Below, one piece after another: positions 49,016 to 62,690 of a stretch of 64,000 bases of DNA. The stretch comes from Mobula hypostoma. Taxonomy: Eukaryota. The notes under the pieces were generated by a model. It searched no databases. It saw only the letters and a list, made by a program, of their open reading frames with translations, and was not told the origin of the DNA. The translations under genes and the position numbers were made by a program. The DNA is taken from positions 12,216,001 through 12,280,000 of the forward strand of contig NC_086101.1 of assembly GCF_963921235.1 (NCBI RefSeq), in the 5' to 3' direction. Position 1 is the first letter of the stretch. Every line of letters starts with the position of its first letter.

Positions 49016-51837
49016 ATGTCAATAGATCAAATGTACAGCCAGAGGCTTTTACCCAGGGCAGAAATGGCTGATACGATCTGCCACATAACAACATGTGGTG
49101 CATACATACATAACATACGGAGGTTCGGCATGTCATCGAAAACCTTGGCAAGCTTCTATAGATGTGAGGTGGAAAGTGTGCATTACAGCCTGGTACGGGA
49201 ACATCAATGGCTTTGAGTGGTAAATCCTAGTGGCTTTGGCTCAGTACATCACTGTTAAAACCTTCCCAAACATTGAGCACATCTACATGAAACATTAACG
49301 GAGCAAAACAGAATCCATTATCAAAGATCCTCACCACCCAGGCCATGCTCGTTTCTTGTTGCTGCCATCAGGTAAAAGGTACAGATGCCTCAGGACTCAC
49401 ACCACCAGCTTCAAGAACGGTCACTACCCCTCAACCATCAGGCTCTTGAACAAAGGGGGATCACTACACTCATTTAAGGACTCTGTTCTATTGTTATTTC
49501 GTGCTTATTATTTATTGCCATTTATTTATACCTGCATTTGCACAGTTTGTTTACAGTTTCTGATGTTTACAGTTTACTGTTCTATAGATGTGCTAAGTAT
49601 GCCCGCAGAAAAAAAATCTCAGGGTTGTATGTGATGACATGTCTGTACTCTTTTGCTTCGAACTTTTATTTCACGACATATGCCAGTGATGTTAAACCTG
49701 ATTCTGATGAATCATGTTAAGGTAATTGGAGGAGCATATGGGGGTTGTGTCAGAGGCAAGTTCCTTACCCAGAGACCGGTGGGTGCATGGAACACACCTG
49801 CCAGGGGTCCTGGAAGAGGAAAACTCTAACGGTTCAGAAACCTTTAGATAGGAATGTGGATGATGGAAATAGAGAGGGCTAAGCAGGAGGAAAGAGTTAG
49901 ATTGATCTTAGAGTAGGTGAAAAGGTCAGCACAACATTGTGGGCCAAAGGGACTATACTGTGCTGTCATGTTTCATCTTCTATGTTACCAGTGGTAGGAC
50001 AGAATTAGATGTGACCTTATTAAATGGCAGTGACAAGAGGTGCTGTGTGGTATTGTCCATTTGCCTGTTGTGTCATGCAGCCATAAAACACTACAGTACA
50101 GAAGCAGGCTCTTCGGCCCATCTAGTCTCTGCTGATCTGTAAATGTGCCAAGTCGGATCATATCCTTCCAACCATGTACCTATCCAAAGTTCTCTTAAAT
50201 GTTGAAATCGAGCTTGCCTCCACCACTTCCACTGGCAGCTCTTTCCACACTCTCACCACCCCCTGGGTGAAGACGTTCCCGCTCATGCTCCTCCTGGTGT
50301 ACATATGGTCATTTTGGAGGACGAGGCAGAGAGGGCTGGAGGGGCTGGGGGAGAGAATGCCAGGGTTTCTGGGCTGAGCAACTGAAGATCAGGCTGCCAG
50401 GGGTGGAGAGATTCAAATTGGGCTCAGAATTAGAGTTCAGAGGTGGAAGGGATCGAGAGACGAACACGAAGTTTAGTGGAGTTGTGGGCAGCATAGAGGG
50501 CTGTCAAAGGATACAGCAGAAGGTAGATCCATTAGAGATATGGGCAGAGAAACGGCAGATGGAGTTTAATCCGAGTCAGTGTGATGTGTTGCTCTTTGGG
50601 AGATCTAATGTAAGCAAGGTGAAAGCATATATGGGCATACGTACAGAGTCAATAGCTCACAGAAAGTGACTGCACACGTAGATAGGATAGCAAAGAAGGA
50701 AAAGGGAATGCTTGCCTTCACTGGTTAGGGCAGCGAGCATAAAAATACAGAAGTCATGTTGCAGCTGTATAAAACAAGTCAGGCTCCATTTGTATTGAGT
50801 GCAGTTCTCATTACCCCCATTACAGGAAGGATTTGGAAAGGCAGCAGAAAAAGTTTCCCAGGATGCTGCCTGACTTGGAGAGTATGAAGAGCCGGTGGGC
50901 AAATTTGGGCTGTTTTCTTTGTAGCACTGGCGACTGAAGGGAATCGTGAGGGAAATTATTGGAGGCATAGAAAGTGCAGACTGAAACTTTCAGGGTAGAA
51001 CTGTCAAATACTTGAGGATATACCAGAAGGAGGAAGTTTATAGGACTGAATTAAAAATTTAATGTGTGGAACAAATTTTTTTCCCCCATACAGAGAGTGC
51101 TGGGTGCTGGGAATGCATAGCTGGGGTGGTGGTAGATGCAGATATGAAAGAGGCGTTTAAGGGGCTGCTAGCCGACGCATGAAGACACAGGGATGGAGCG
51201 ATATGCAACATGCACAGGTAGAAGAGGTTTACATTTGGCACTGAGATTTGGGCCGAGGTGCAGTGCAGAGAACTGGGGGAATGCGGACCTCACTGGGAGA
51301 GGGAAGGCTTGAGAGGAGAAACAGTGGAACGTTTAACGGGGAAGGGAGGATCTACTGGCGGGAGCTGAGGGAGCACAGACTCCAGTATGGATTTGTTGGG
51401 CCAAGTGGCCTTTCGCAGAGCTGTAAATATTCTGTGTAACTGTTTACTTACAGGTTTATTATCACTGACATACAGGATGCATGAAATTTGTTGTTTGCGG
51501 AGCAGCACAGTGCAAGACATAAAAAAAATTATAAGTTACAATAAACAAACTGTGCAAAGGATGTATATTGCGGTAGTGTCCATGGATTCCTATTTCATTC
51601 AGATATCTGATGGCAGAGGGGAAGACGCTGTTCCTAAAATGCTGAGTGTGGGTCTTAAGGCTCCCGTGCCTCCTCCATGATGGTAGTGATGAGAAGAGGG
51701 CGTGTCCCAGGCGGTGAGGGTCCTTTGTGATGGATGCTGCCTTCCTGGGGAACCACCTTTTACACAAGTCGATGGTGGAAACATTGCCAGTGAAGGTCAG
51801 AACGGGAAAGGAAATGGGTCCTCGAGTGAAACCTTAC

Positions 51838-51937
51838 CGGTGCCAAACCCGGACACTCGTACACCATGTATTCCTCATTTCCATTATCCGGCTCTGATTC
51901 CATGTACGTCTGATTCCTCTTCACCTTGGGTTTGCTC
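51838..51937 (-). CDS. npdc1: NPDC1-family exon (E)SKPKVKRNQTYMESEPDNGNEEYMVYECPGLAP
   Basis: gttgcag| and CCG|gtaagg; 100 nt; signature VYECPGLAP. Confidence 0.95.
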
Positions 51938-52296
51938 CTGCAACAAAGGGGGCAACCGTCATGGTCAAGAAGTGAGAGGTTTGGAGGCTCAGGCTGGAGT
52001 ACCCCAGGAGAGTCTGGAGTTTCCTGCAGTCTTCACGTCACATCATCTCACGTGGACAGAGAGTAGGGGAGGAGTGAGAGAGACGGCCCAGAGGGAGGGG
52101 GGAGGGGGAGGGGGAGAGGGGGAGAGAGGGACTGGGTATGAATGAGGAAGGAGACCTGGGGAGTGGCCGAGAGGAATGACAAAGATGCTGTGAGTAGCTC
52201 ACAAGTGTCTGAAATGGTGGAATCTGCAACTACACCAGGCCTCGGGGGACTTTTTTATTCATGGTGAGGAATGAATGCTGGTGCAGGAAGACTCAC

Positions 52297-52376
52297 TCTC
52301 CCAAAGCCTGGATGACTTTCTTCTGGTGCTGATAGTGGCTCCTCTGAAGCTTTTCCGCAATCCTCCTGTCAATGAA
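52297..52376 (-). CDS. npdc1: NPDC1-family exon FIDRRIAEKLQRSHYQHQKKVIQALG(E)
   Basis: ttctcag| and GA|gtgagt; 80 nt; HYQHQ motif of NPDC1. Confidence 0.92.
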
Positions 52377-54030
52377 CTGAGAAAAGAAAAGGGAACCTTC
52401 TTAGTGGAATCAAGTTCGTGTTTCCTCATGGAAGAAAGCCATTCAACCCATTATAACTATATAACAATTACAGCGGAAACAGGCCATCTCGGCCCTTCTA
52501 GTCCATGCCGAACCCTTACCTTATCCTATTCCCACAACCTGCACTCAGCCCATAACCCTCCATTGAACCAGGTCTGCCCTGAATGGAGCAACATTGTGAC
52601 CACTTTGCACTACAATGATTTTGCCAATTTTTAAAAATCTGATTTTGGTCTTTCTGGCATAATTTTGCAGAATTTATGGTACGGTGAGAAGGTGGCAGAG
52701 GCAGATACAGTTACAACATTCTAAAGATGTTTGGACAGGCACATGGATAGGAACGGTTCAGATGGATGTGAGCCAATGAAGGCAAATAGGAGAAGTATCT
52801 TGCCTGGCAAGGACAAGTCTGTCATCAGGGACCTCCCCCACCCAGGTCATTCTCTCTCCTCACTGCAGCCATCAGGAAGATGGTACAGCAGCCTTAGGAC
52901 CCACACCACCGGGTTCAGGAACAGTTATTACCCCTCAACCATCAGGCTTTTGAACCAGTGGGGATAATTTCACTCAACTTCACTCACCCCGTCACTGAAC
53001 TGTTCCCACAACCTATCAACTCACTTTCAAGCACTCTTCATCTCATCTTCTTTATATGTTTTTTTGCTTTTTCACTTTGTACTTACTATGAATGCCTGCC
53101 AGAAAATGAATCTCAGGGTTGTATATGGTGATATATATGTACTTCGATAATAAATGCATTTCTAAATGACAATAAAAGAGGACTGAGTGTTCTCATGATC
53201 TAAATTTACTTTGAATCAGGCTGAAGGGCCTGTGTCTGAGCTGTAAGACTCTATGAATAGTTTTCCTCTTGATTTATAACAAAGTCTTATTATATCTCAG
53301 AAATTTAGCAAAGGGAATCTGTGGAAAGCTACAGAAAGTTGTAAAATTAGTCCTCTCCATCGCGGGTATTAGGCTCCATAGTAGCAAAGACAGCTTCGAG
53401 GGACGGTGCCTGAGAAGGCAGTGCCTATCATTAAGAGCCTCCATCGCCCAGGACGTGCCATCTTCTCATTGCTACCACCAAGCCCAAAGACACATACTCA
53501 GCGATTCAGGAACAGCTTCTTCCCCTCGGCCATCTGATTTCTAAATGGACATCAAACACTACCTCAGTACTTTTTTAAATTTCTGCTTTTGCACCACAAT
53601 TTAATTTAACTGTTTAATATATACACAGTACACTTGCTCCAACTCAGGATCTTCCTCTCTATATTTATCATGTATTGTATTGTACAGTTGCTGCAAAGTT
53701 AATGGATTTCATGACATATGCCGGTGATTCTGATACTGAAAGTTCCACAAAGGTGAACATCAGGATACGTCTCACAACACAGCACGTCCTCTTGTTTCCC
53801 CCTTCTCCTTGGATCCTGCCTGATCAGCGGAATCTTTCTACCTTGGCATTTCCAGCATCTGTTGAACGGTTCACTTCAACGCCCGGCCTGAAAGACACAG
53901 TGGCCTCTCTCAGCCTTGATTCTGCACACACGTTATGGTGGTGGTGGGGGGGGGGGGGGTGGGGGGGAGCTTGAATGCACGAGCTTCTGACTCAGAAGGA
54001 GGGGCTCTGTGAGCTAATTCCCCAGAATAT

Positions 54031-55208
54031 CCATAGAAACCATAGAAAAACTACAGCACAGAAACAGGCCTTTTGGCCCTTCTTGGCTGTGCTGAACCAT
54101 TTTTTGCCTAGTCCCACTGACCTGCATACGGACCATATCCCTCCATACACCTCCCATCCGTGTATCTGTCCAATTTATTCTTAAATGTTAAAAAAGAACC
54201 CGCATTTACCACCTCGTCTGGCAGCTCATTCCATACTCCCACCACTCTCTGTGTGAAGAAGCTCCCCCTAATGTTCCCTTTAAACTTTTCCCCCCTCACC
54301 CTTAACCCATGTCCTCTGGTTTTTTTCTCCCCTTGCCTCAGTGGAAAAAGCCTGCTTGCATTCACTGTATCTATACCCATCATAATTTTATATACCTCTA
54401 TCAAATCTCCCCTCATTCTTCTACGCTCCAGGAAATAAAGTCCTAACCTATTCATCCTTTCTCTGTAACTGAGTTTCTCAAGTCCTGGCAACATCCTTGT
54501 AAACCTTCTCTGCACTCTTTCAACCTTATTTATATCCTTCCTGTAATTTGGTGACCAAAACTGAACACAATACTCCAGATTCGGCCTCACCAGTGCCTTA
54601 TACAACCTCACCATAACATTCCAGCTCTTATACTCAATACTTTGATTAATAAAGGCCAATGTACCAAAAGCTCTCTTTACGACCCTATCTACCTGTGACG
54701 CCACTTTTAGGGAAATTTGTATCTGTATTCCCAGATCCCTCTGTTCTACTGCACTCCTCAGTGCCTTACCATTTACCCTGTATGTTCTACGTTGGTTTGT
54801 CCTTCCAACGTGCAATACCTCACACTTGTCAGTATTAAACTCCATCTGCCATTTTTCAGCCCATTTTTCCAACTGGTCCAAGTCCCTCTGCAAGATTTGA
54901 AAACCTTCCTCACTGTCCACTACACCTCCAATCTTTGTATCATCAGCAAATTTGCTGATCCAATTTCCCACATTATCATCCAGATCATTGATATAGATGA
55001 CAAATAACAATGGACCCAGCACCGATCCCTGTGGCACACCACTAGTCACAGGCCTCCACTCAGAGAAGCAATTTTCTACCACCACTCTCTGGCTTCTTCC
55101 ATCCAGCCAATGTCTAATCCAATTTACCACCTCTCCATGTATACCTAGCGACTGAATTTTCCTAACTAACCTCCCATGCGGGACCTTGTCAAAGGCCTTA
55201 CTGAAGTC
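54031..55208 (-). mobile_element. Young 5'-truncated CR1 LINE with uninterrupted RT/C-terminal ORF (366 aa)
   Basis: [36 protein letters not shown] with no stops or frameshifts; CR1-type TTTCTATGG tail. Confidence 0.95.
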
Positions 55209-55298
55209 TCTTGAGTGCGTTTTCAACACTGGAAGATCCTCTTGGAGGCTTGTTGCTTTACCTTGGGCCATTTCCTCCCAGCCCTCCTGGATCCTTAC

Positions 55299-55365
55299 CG
55301 GGGGTAATGGCTTCTGTGATCCTTCATAGACAACCTTCTGCGCCTGTCTCACCTCCTTCTGCAAC
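55299..55365 (-). CDS. npdc1: NPDC1-family exon (R)LQKEVRQAQKVVYEGSQKPLPP
   Basis: ttgcag| and CCG|gtaagg; 67 nt, phase 2 to 0; resembles the NPDC1 RLQREIRLTQK..Y segment. Confidence 0.88.
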
Positions 55366-56569
55366 CTGCAAGGAAAGAAACGGACAGCTGAGGACCCTCC
55401 TGCACCAAAGTCAGAACTAACTCACTGTCTTTCACATGCTCTGCGTGATCCGCTGGGATCCCCCTCCAGACTGGGGAGACAAAGTAGCGCAGCGGCTAGT
55501 TCAGCGCTTCACAGTGGGTCAGCTGTGAGATTAGCGTTCGATCCATAGGAGCTTGTGTGTTCTCCCCGTGAGTTTCCTCTGGGTGCTCCTTCTTCCTCTC
55601 ACATTCCAAAGATGTACCCTGTTGGTGTTAGTGAGTTGTGGAAGCATAGTGTCACTTGCAGGCTGTCCCAACACAATGCCTGCTGATTTGAGTTGACGTA
55701 ACTCACTACATTGTTTTGATATACAGTATATGAGACAAATAAAGCTACTCAGATTGATTAAAGTACAAAGTAAATTTACTACCAAAGTGTTATCATATAC
55801 TACCCTGGATTCATTTTCTTGCAGGCATTTACAGGAGAACCTCTACTTTTCGTTCATCCCCTGTCTCTTAAGAATCTCTTAAATACTCCTAACGTATCTG
55901 CATCTACCACCACCCCTGACAGTGCGTTCCCTGAATTTAGCACTCTGTAAATAACCACAAGACCATAAGACATAGGAGCATAATCAGGCCATTCGGTCCA
56001 TCGATTCTACTCCGCCATTCTATCATGGCTGAGTTATTATCCCGCTCAACTCCAATTTCCCGCCTTCTCCCCATGACCTTTGGTGTCTTGACTGACTAAG
56101 AACCTCTCAGCCTCTGCTTTAAATAAACTCGATGAGTAGGCCTCCACACCCATTGGCGGCAATGAATTCCACTGATTCACCACCCTCTGGCTAAAGAAAT
56201 TCCTTCTCTCCTGTGTTCCAAAGGGACGTCTCTCGATTCTGAGGCTGCGCCCTCTGGTTCTAGGCACAGCCACTTTGGGAAACATCCTCTTCGCATCCAC
56301 TCTAACTAGGCCTTTCAATACTTGGTAGGTTTCAATGAGATCCCCCTCATTCTACTAAACTCCAGTGAGTACAGGCCCAGAGATATCAAATGCTCCTTAT
56401 ATGTTAACCCTTTCATTCCTGGAATTGTTCTTGTGAACTTCCTCTAGATCCTCACCAACGCCAGCTCATCTTTTCTTAGATAAGGGGCTCAAAGCTGCTC
56501 ATAACGCTCCAAGAGTACTCTGGCTAGTGCCTTATAAAGCCTCAGCATCACATCCTTCTCTTATAAGAT

Positions 56570-57130
56570 TAATTCCCGCCTTAGTTTAAACCCTTCCCCA
56601 ACAGCTGTAGGAAATGTGCCAGCAAGGATATTGGTCGCCCCCCCCCCCCCCCCGGGTTCAGGTGTAAGCTGTCTCTTTTGTACGGGTCATACCTTCCCTA
56701 GAAGAGATTGCAATGACCCAGAAATCTGAAATCCCACCCTCTGAGTTCCTCAGCCACTCATTCATGGGTGTCGTTGTCCTGTTCCTACCCTGACTAGCAC
56801 ATGGAACTGGAACTAATCCAGAGATCACTATCTCAGAGGTCCTGCTCTTCAACCTCTTCCGTAACTCCCTACATTCACTGTGAAGGACCTCTTCCCCTTT
56901 TCTATGTGCACTGTGCCCTCTGGCTGCTCGCCCTCCCTCTTGGGAATCTTCTGCTGCCGCTCTGACACATCCAGGACTCTAACACTTGGGAAGCAACTCA
57001 CTATCCTGTCTTCTCTTCCGCGGCCACAGAATCTCCTGTCCATCCCCCTAATCATCGAGTCTCCTATCACTACCACTACCACTCTGCCTCATTTTACCCT
57101 TCCCTGTCGAGCAGCTCCTGTTCCTTGACC
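56570..57130 (-). mobile_element. CR1 ORF1 (SGNH/esterase-like) remnant
   Basis: VVIGDSMIRG.DRRFCG, VISGLVPVP motifs. Confidence 0.75.
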
Positions 57131-57307
57131 TTGGCAGTCAGGAGCTGACGTTGGCTGCACTTCCTGTAAATGTACAGTCGTCATCAGGAAGACTGTTAGA
57201 ACATAGAGGTACCCTGAAATCTCAAATCTCACAGGAGCAGCGTTCCACTGTATGAACTAGCATCCTGTCTACACCTGTTATACCTTAGCTGGGGTGTTTC
57301 CATCCAG

Positions 57308-57979
57308 GGGGTCAGTGTGGACATGGTGGAGGATTACAAATACCTAGGGATATGAGTTGACAATAAACTGGACTGGTCAAAGAACACTGAGGCTGTCTAC
57401 AAGAAGGGTCAGAGCTGTCTCTATCTCCTGAGGAGACTGAGGTCCTTTAACATCTGCTGGACGATGCTGAGGATGTTCTATGAGTCTGTTGTGGCCAGTG
57501 CTATCATGTTTGCTGTTGTGTGTTGGGGCAGCAGGCTGAGGGTAGCAGACACCAACAGAATCAACAAACTCATTGATAAGTCTAGTGATGTTGTGGGGAT
57601 GGAACTGGCCTCTCTGACGGTGGTGTCTGAAAAGAGGATGCTGTCCAAGTTGCATGCCATCTTGGACAATGTCTCCCATCCACTACATAATGTACTGGTT
57701 GGGCACAGGAGTACATTCAGCCAGAGACTCATTCCACTGAGATGCAACACAGAGCGTCATAGGAAGTCATTCCTGCCTGTGGCCATCAAACTTTACAACT
57801 CCTCCCTTGGAGGGTCAGACACCCTGAGCCAATAGGCTGGTCCTGGACTTATTTCCTGGCATAATTTACATATTACTATTTAACTATTTATGGATTTATT
57901 ACTATTTATTATTTATGGTGCAACTGTAATGAAAACCAATTTCCCCCGGGATCAATAAAGTATGACTATGACTATGACT
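57308..57979 (+). mobile_element. Rex1/Babar-type LINE 3' fragment
   Basis: YKYLG, MFYESVVAS, SHPLH, SFLPVAIKLYN; tail AATAAAGTA(TGACTA)n. Confidence 0.88.
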
Positions 57980-58145
57980 AATGCTGCCTTCAAAGTCAGC
58001 TGAAGGGTTTGCCTTCTATGCTGATCTGTGATTGGTGGGGGAGTGGTCATGCCTGGCTCAATTTCAAGCCCATGGTGAAGATATCAGACCTCCCTACATT
58101 CCCCTTGATCTCATCTGGCTCCAGTGAGCAATGGACCTCTTAGAG

Positions 58146-58225
58146 CAGGGGTTCCCAACCTGTTTAATGCTATGAACCAATACCATTAAGCAAGGGGGCA
58201 GTGGACCTCAGGTTGGAAACCCCTG
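58146..58225. mobile_element. 80-bp hAT (Charlie-like) MITE, TSD TCTTAGAG; related copy at about 58600-58667
   Basis: TIRs CAGGGGTTCCCAACCT / AGGTTGGAAACCCCTG; 8-bp TSD at 58138-58145 and 58226-58233. Confidence 0.9.
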
Positions 58226-60881
58226 TCTTAGAGGAACATCTCCTCATATTCCCCTTGGGTAGTCTCCAACCTAGTGGCCTAAACATCAAACTCTCAAACT
58301 TCTGGTAACTCCTCCCCCCTCCATCCCTTCCCCCTTTTTCTTGTGTCTCTCTTGTACCTCCTCTCTGAAGGTAGGTTGATAATAAACCGGATTCTGATAA
58401 GACCAAGTCAGCATATGGACTAGAGATACCGAAGGCCTGTTTCTGTTCTGTAGTGCACTGTATCTCTGTGACTTTTCTCCACACCCACATGGCCCCCGTC
58501 ACCCTGTTTCTTTCACCTCCCCAACCTCTCCATCTGCTCATCACTCACACGCTCCTCCCACTGGTTCCCTCTACCCTCCCTACCTCCCTCCCTTCATACC
58601 AGAGGTTCCCAACCAGGGGCCAATATCATTAAGCAAGTGGTCTGTGGAGCCTAGGTTGGGAACCCTTGCTTTACATGGTGCTCCACTTTCCTCTCCTATC
58701 AGACCCCACCATTTTCAGCTTTTTATCACAGACACATCTCACCTCCCAGCTTCTGACATCACTCCCACTTTCCCCTCCCTCATCTGGCCATCAGCCCGGT
58801 CACCTGGTCCACCCGTCGCCTGCCAGCTCTTGGTCCACTTTTTTATACTGGCTACCTTCCCTCTCTCTATCAGTCCGGATCAGAATCAGAATCAGGTTTA
58901 TTATCACCGGCATGTGATGTGAAATTTGTTATCTTAGCAGCAATACATAATATAGAAGAGAAAATAATAATACATAAATAAATAAATTACAGTATACGTA
59001 TATTGAATAGATTAAAAAATGTGCAAAAATCAGAAAAACTGTATATTTGAAGGGTCTCGACTGAAACACTGACTCTCCATTTCCTTCCACAGATGCTGCC
59101 TGACCCACTGAGTTCCTCCAGTACCTTGTGCTCCCAATTCCAGCATTTAGTCTCTCATGTCTTCAGAAAGGGACTATCCTGTCATTGGTTCATAAACAGA
59201 TCGCCAACTAATATCAGGAACAATGCCACCCAGTCCTAGAAGGATCCTTAACGTCATAACTGTGCATTGAAGGATTATCAGGCAAAATCTGACTCCAAGG
59301 GTCCTGGACATCAGCATCTGAGAGGATCTACCCTGGGTGCAACACACCAATGCTACCATGGTGGAGCAGACTCGATGGGCTGAATGGCCTAATTCTGCTC
59401 CTGTGTTTTATGGTCTTATGATGAAGCCACACCAGCAGCTCTGCTTCATTAGGGGTTTGAGGATACTCCGTGTATTACCAAAGATTCTAGCAAATTTCTC
59501 CAGATGTAGCGTGCAGGACATTCTGAGTGGTTGGTTCACTGCCTAATCTGGAGGCCCCGATTCTCGAGATTGTGAGAGGCTGCGGAGGGCTCTGGACTCA
59601 GCCAGTTCCATCACGGGCACAACCCTCCCCTCCAGCGAGGGCATCTCCAAAAGGCGATGCCTCAAGAAGGCAGCATCCAGCATGAAGGTCCCTCACCGTC
59701 TAAGACAAGCCCTCGTCTCATTACAACCTTCAGAGAGGAGATGCAGGAGCCCAAAGACATACTTAGTGATTTAGGAACAGCTTCTTCCCCTCCGCCATCA
59801 GATTTCTGAATTAATCCATGAATCCATGAACACTTCCTCAGCATTCCTCTTTTGCACCATGAATGTTTATGTATTTATTGTTAAAACGTATAATAATTTA
59901 TCTTGCCCGCACTGTACTGCTCCTACAAAACAACAAACTTCACAACTTATATCAGGGACAATAACCAGATTGATCACTGCAATCAATAGGCTGCAACTTC
60001 CCTTTCGGATTGCCTGTATGACCAGGCGTATTTGCAGTGTGAACTGAAGTCTTGAAGGTGCATGCTGGCAGCGGCGTGGCGTGTATGGGTCCAATTGAGC
60101 TGGCAGGAATGGGCCTGGGACCGGGGAAAGAGCCAATGTTTGGCCACTGCTGGAATGGACTTCGAGGCGAGGCAAAGTCGAGGTGGTGGGGTCCGGGCCT
60201 GGGTCCGAGAGCAAGGAAGAACCCGAGGTTTGATTGATTTAAGCACCGGGCCAAATTAGAAAAGACCCTGGTACGGGCCGCAATGAGGCAGTGGGGCACG
60301 GGCTCAGGAGAGTATCGAAGGGGTCGGGTCCACGTCCGGCAGTGAGGAACGACCCAAGCTTTGGATGGATTAAATGCCAGAGCAGATTGTAAAGGTCACG
60401 GTGTCGGGGCCAGAGGCAAATAGATGGGCAGGCCAGTTCAGCTTGCGGCTTTGTGAAGCTTACTTGACTCTCCACTGAACTGAGGCTGTGGTCTGCGACC
60501 AACGGGCTCCTGCATCTGCGGCAGTGATGACTGACTTCATGGCTGCGAACTCACTTTTGTGAACTTCAGTTCTGAATATTATTTCCTTACTTTTATTGTT
60601 TGCAGATTTGGGTTTTTATTCTGCAAACTGGGTCTTTTTTTTAATGGGCTTTATTGGGTTTCCTTGTCTGGTGGCGGCCTGTAAGGGGACAAATCTCACG
60701 GTTGCATACTTTGATAATAAATGTACTTTGAGTTTTGATTCCGGTTCTGGTCAAGGAGGTGGAGAAAGGGCAGCGGGGCTGCGGAGGGGATTCCAAAGAT
60801 GACCCTGTTGGCCAGGAGACACTGGGGCGGGAACAGAAACAGGGCACAGAGACCTGGAGGATTCAGCCAGCAGGGACTCAC

Positions 60882-60948
60882 CGGTACCAACATAAAGCAG
60901 CCACGACCAGTCCGCAGAGACCCGTCACTGCGCAGATGATAATCAGAG
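60882..60948 (-). CDS. npdc1: NPDC1-family transmembrane exon (A)LIIICAVTGLCGLVVAALCWY(R)
   Basis: ctcctcag| and CG|gtgagt; 67 nt; hydrophobic helix ending LCW.R as in NPDC1. Confidence 0.9.
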
Positions 60949-61299
60949 CTGAGGAGAGAGGGGGAGAGGGAAGGAGAGTTAGTGGACAGCGGCTCAGCGA
61001 GTGAACTCTGTCTCTACAGAGACCACCGTTACATGAGGCACCAGGCAGCCGAGGGCCGCAAAAGGGTTGTCCAAGGCAGACCTGTGGGAGGGGGGTAGTG
61101 GGAAAGGAGCCACAACAGGTCCCCTGACCCACTTCACCACCTGCTCCGAGTCCTGACCGGAACGTTTTCCCAATGGTTTATTTCTAAGACAGAGGGCATG
61201 TTGATACCACAATTCTGAGACCAGCGACCCAAACCCCCCACCCACCTGTCCTCTCATTCTCACTGCCATCCACTCCCCAGACATCGCCTCATTGTTCCA

Positions 61300-62660
61300 C
61301 CTCCTCTCTCTCTACCCCTCTCTCCAAAGAGCCTTCTTTTTTCATCCCATTATCTCGCTTCTCCTTCCCCATCCTACCTCCTTACCAACTTCCTCTTTTC
61401 TCATTCGCTCTCCCACTGCCTCATTTCTTGCCTCCTCAGCTCCCTCTCCCCTCCTCCCATCTCCCCCACTTACACCACCGACTCTCCCACTCCTCCTTCA
61501 CACCACTCCCTTCCTTCTCTAACCTCCACAACTCCCCTCTTCCCACTTTTCTCTCCTAAAGCCACCCTCCCCCATTTCACCATCTCTCCCTCCTTCCCCA
61601 TCCTGCTGTCTGCATCTCCTCCTTTCTCTCTAACCTCCCCTCTCACACTTCCCCTTTCCCTCACTCTCTCTAACCTCTTCTCTAACTTCTCAACCTTGCT
61701 TCCCTTCTCTCTACCCCTCTCCCTCACTTCCTGTTCTCTCTAACCCCCCTCTCCCTCGCTTACCCTTCTCTCTAACCCCCTCTCTCACTCACTCCCCTTC
61801 ACAACCCTCTCTCTAATCCCCTTGCTCCTTCACTTCTCCTCTCTCTCTAATGCCCTCTCCTGCACTTCCCCATCTCAGTCCCCCCACATCCCTCTCTCTC
61901 TAATGCCCTCTCCCTCACTTTCCCCTCTCTAACCACATGTCTTCCTCCTTTCTCTCTAACCCCGTCCCCCTCTTTCTAACCCCCTCCCTCAGTTTCCCTT
62001 TCTCTCATCCTCTCTCCTTCTTCCCACTTTCTCTCCCTCTCTCCCTCACTTCCCCTCTCTTTAACCCCCCTCACCTCTCTCTAACCCCTCTCCGTCAGTT
62101 CCCCTCACTTCACCTCCCTCTCTAACCTCGCTTCCTCACCTCACTCTCTCTAATCCCCTCCCCTCTCTCTAACCCCTCTCCCTCAGTTACTCTCTCACTA
62201 ACCCCTCGCCCTCACTTCCCTTCTCTCTAACCCCTCTCTCCCTCACTCCCCCTATCTAACCCCTCTCTCCCTCACTTCCCCCTCTCTAACGCCTATCTCC
62301 CTCACTTCCCCCTCTCTAAACCCTCTCTCCCTCACTTCCCCCTCTCTAAACCCTCTCTCCCTCACTTCCCCTCTCTCTAACCCCTCTCTCCCTCACTTCC
62401 CCTCTCTCTAACCGCTCTCTCCCTCGCTTCCCCCTCTCTAACTCCTCTCTCTCTTCCTCACCCCCTCTCTTTAACTCCTCTTTCCTTCACTTCCCCTCTC
62501 TCTAACCCCTATCTCCCTCACTTCCCCCTCTCTAACCCCTATCTCCCTCACTTCCCCTCTCTCTAACCCCTCTCTCCCTCACTTTCCCTCTCTCTAACCC
62601 CTCACTCCCTCACTTCCCTCTCTCTAACCCCTCTCTCCCTCACTTCCCCCTCTCTCTAAC
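61300..62660 (+). repeat. Polypyrimidine minisatellite, about 30-bp unit CTCTCTAACCCCTCTCTCCCTCACTTCCCC
   Basis: Regular units at about 62150-62660, decaying leftward into C/T-rich sequence. Confidence 0.9.
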
Positions 62661-62690
62661 CGGTTTCAAGCTGGCTTCCTGTTACCTTAC

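Noticed and set aside
61700..62660. Interstitial telomere or chromosome-fusion site
   Set aside because: TAACCC occurs once per ~30-bp unit, not as (TTAGGG)n arrays
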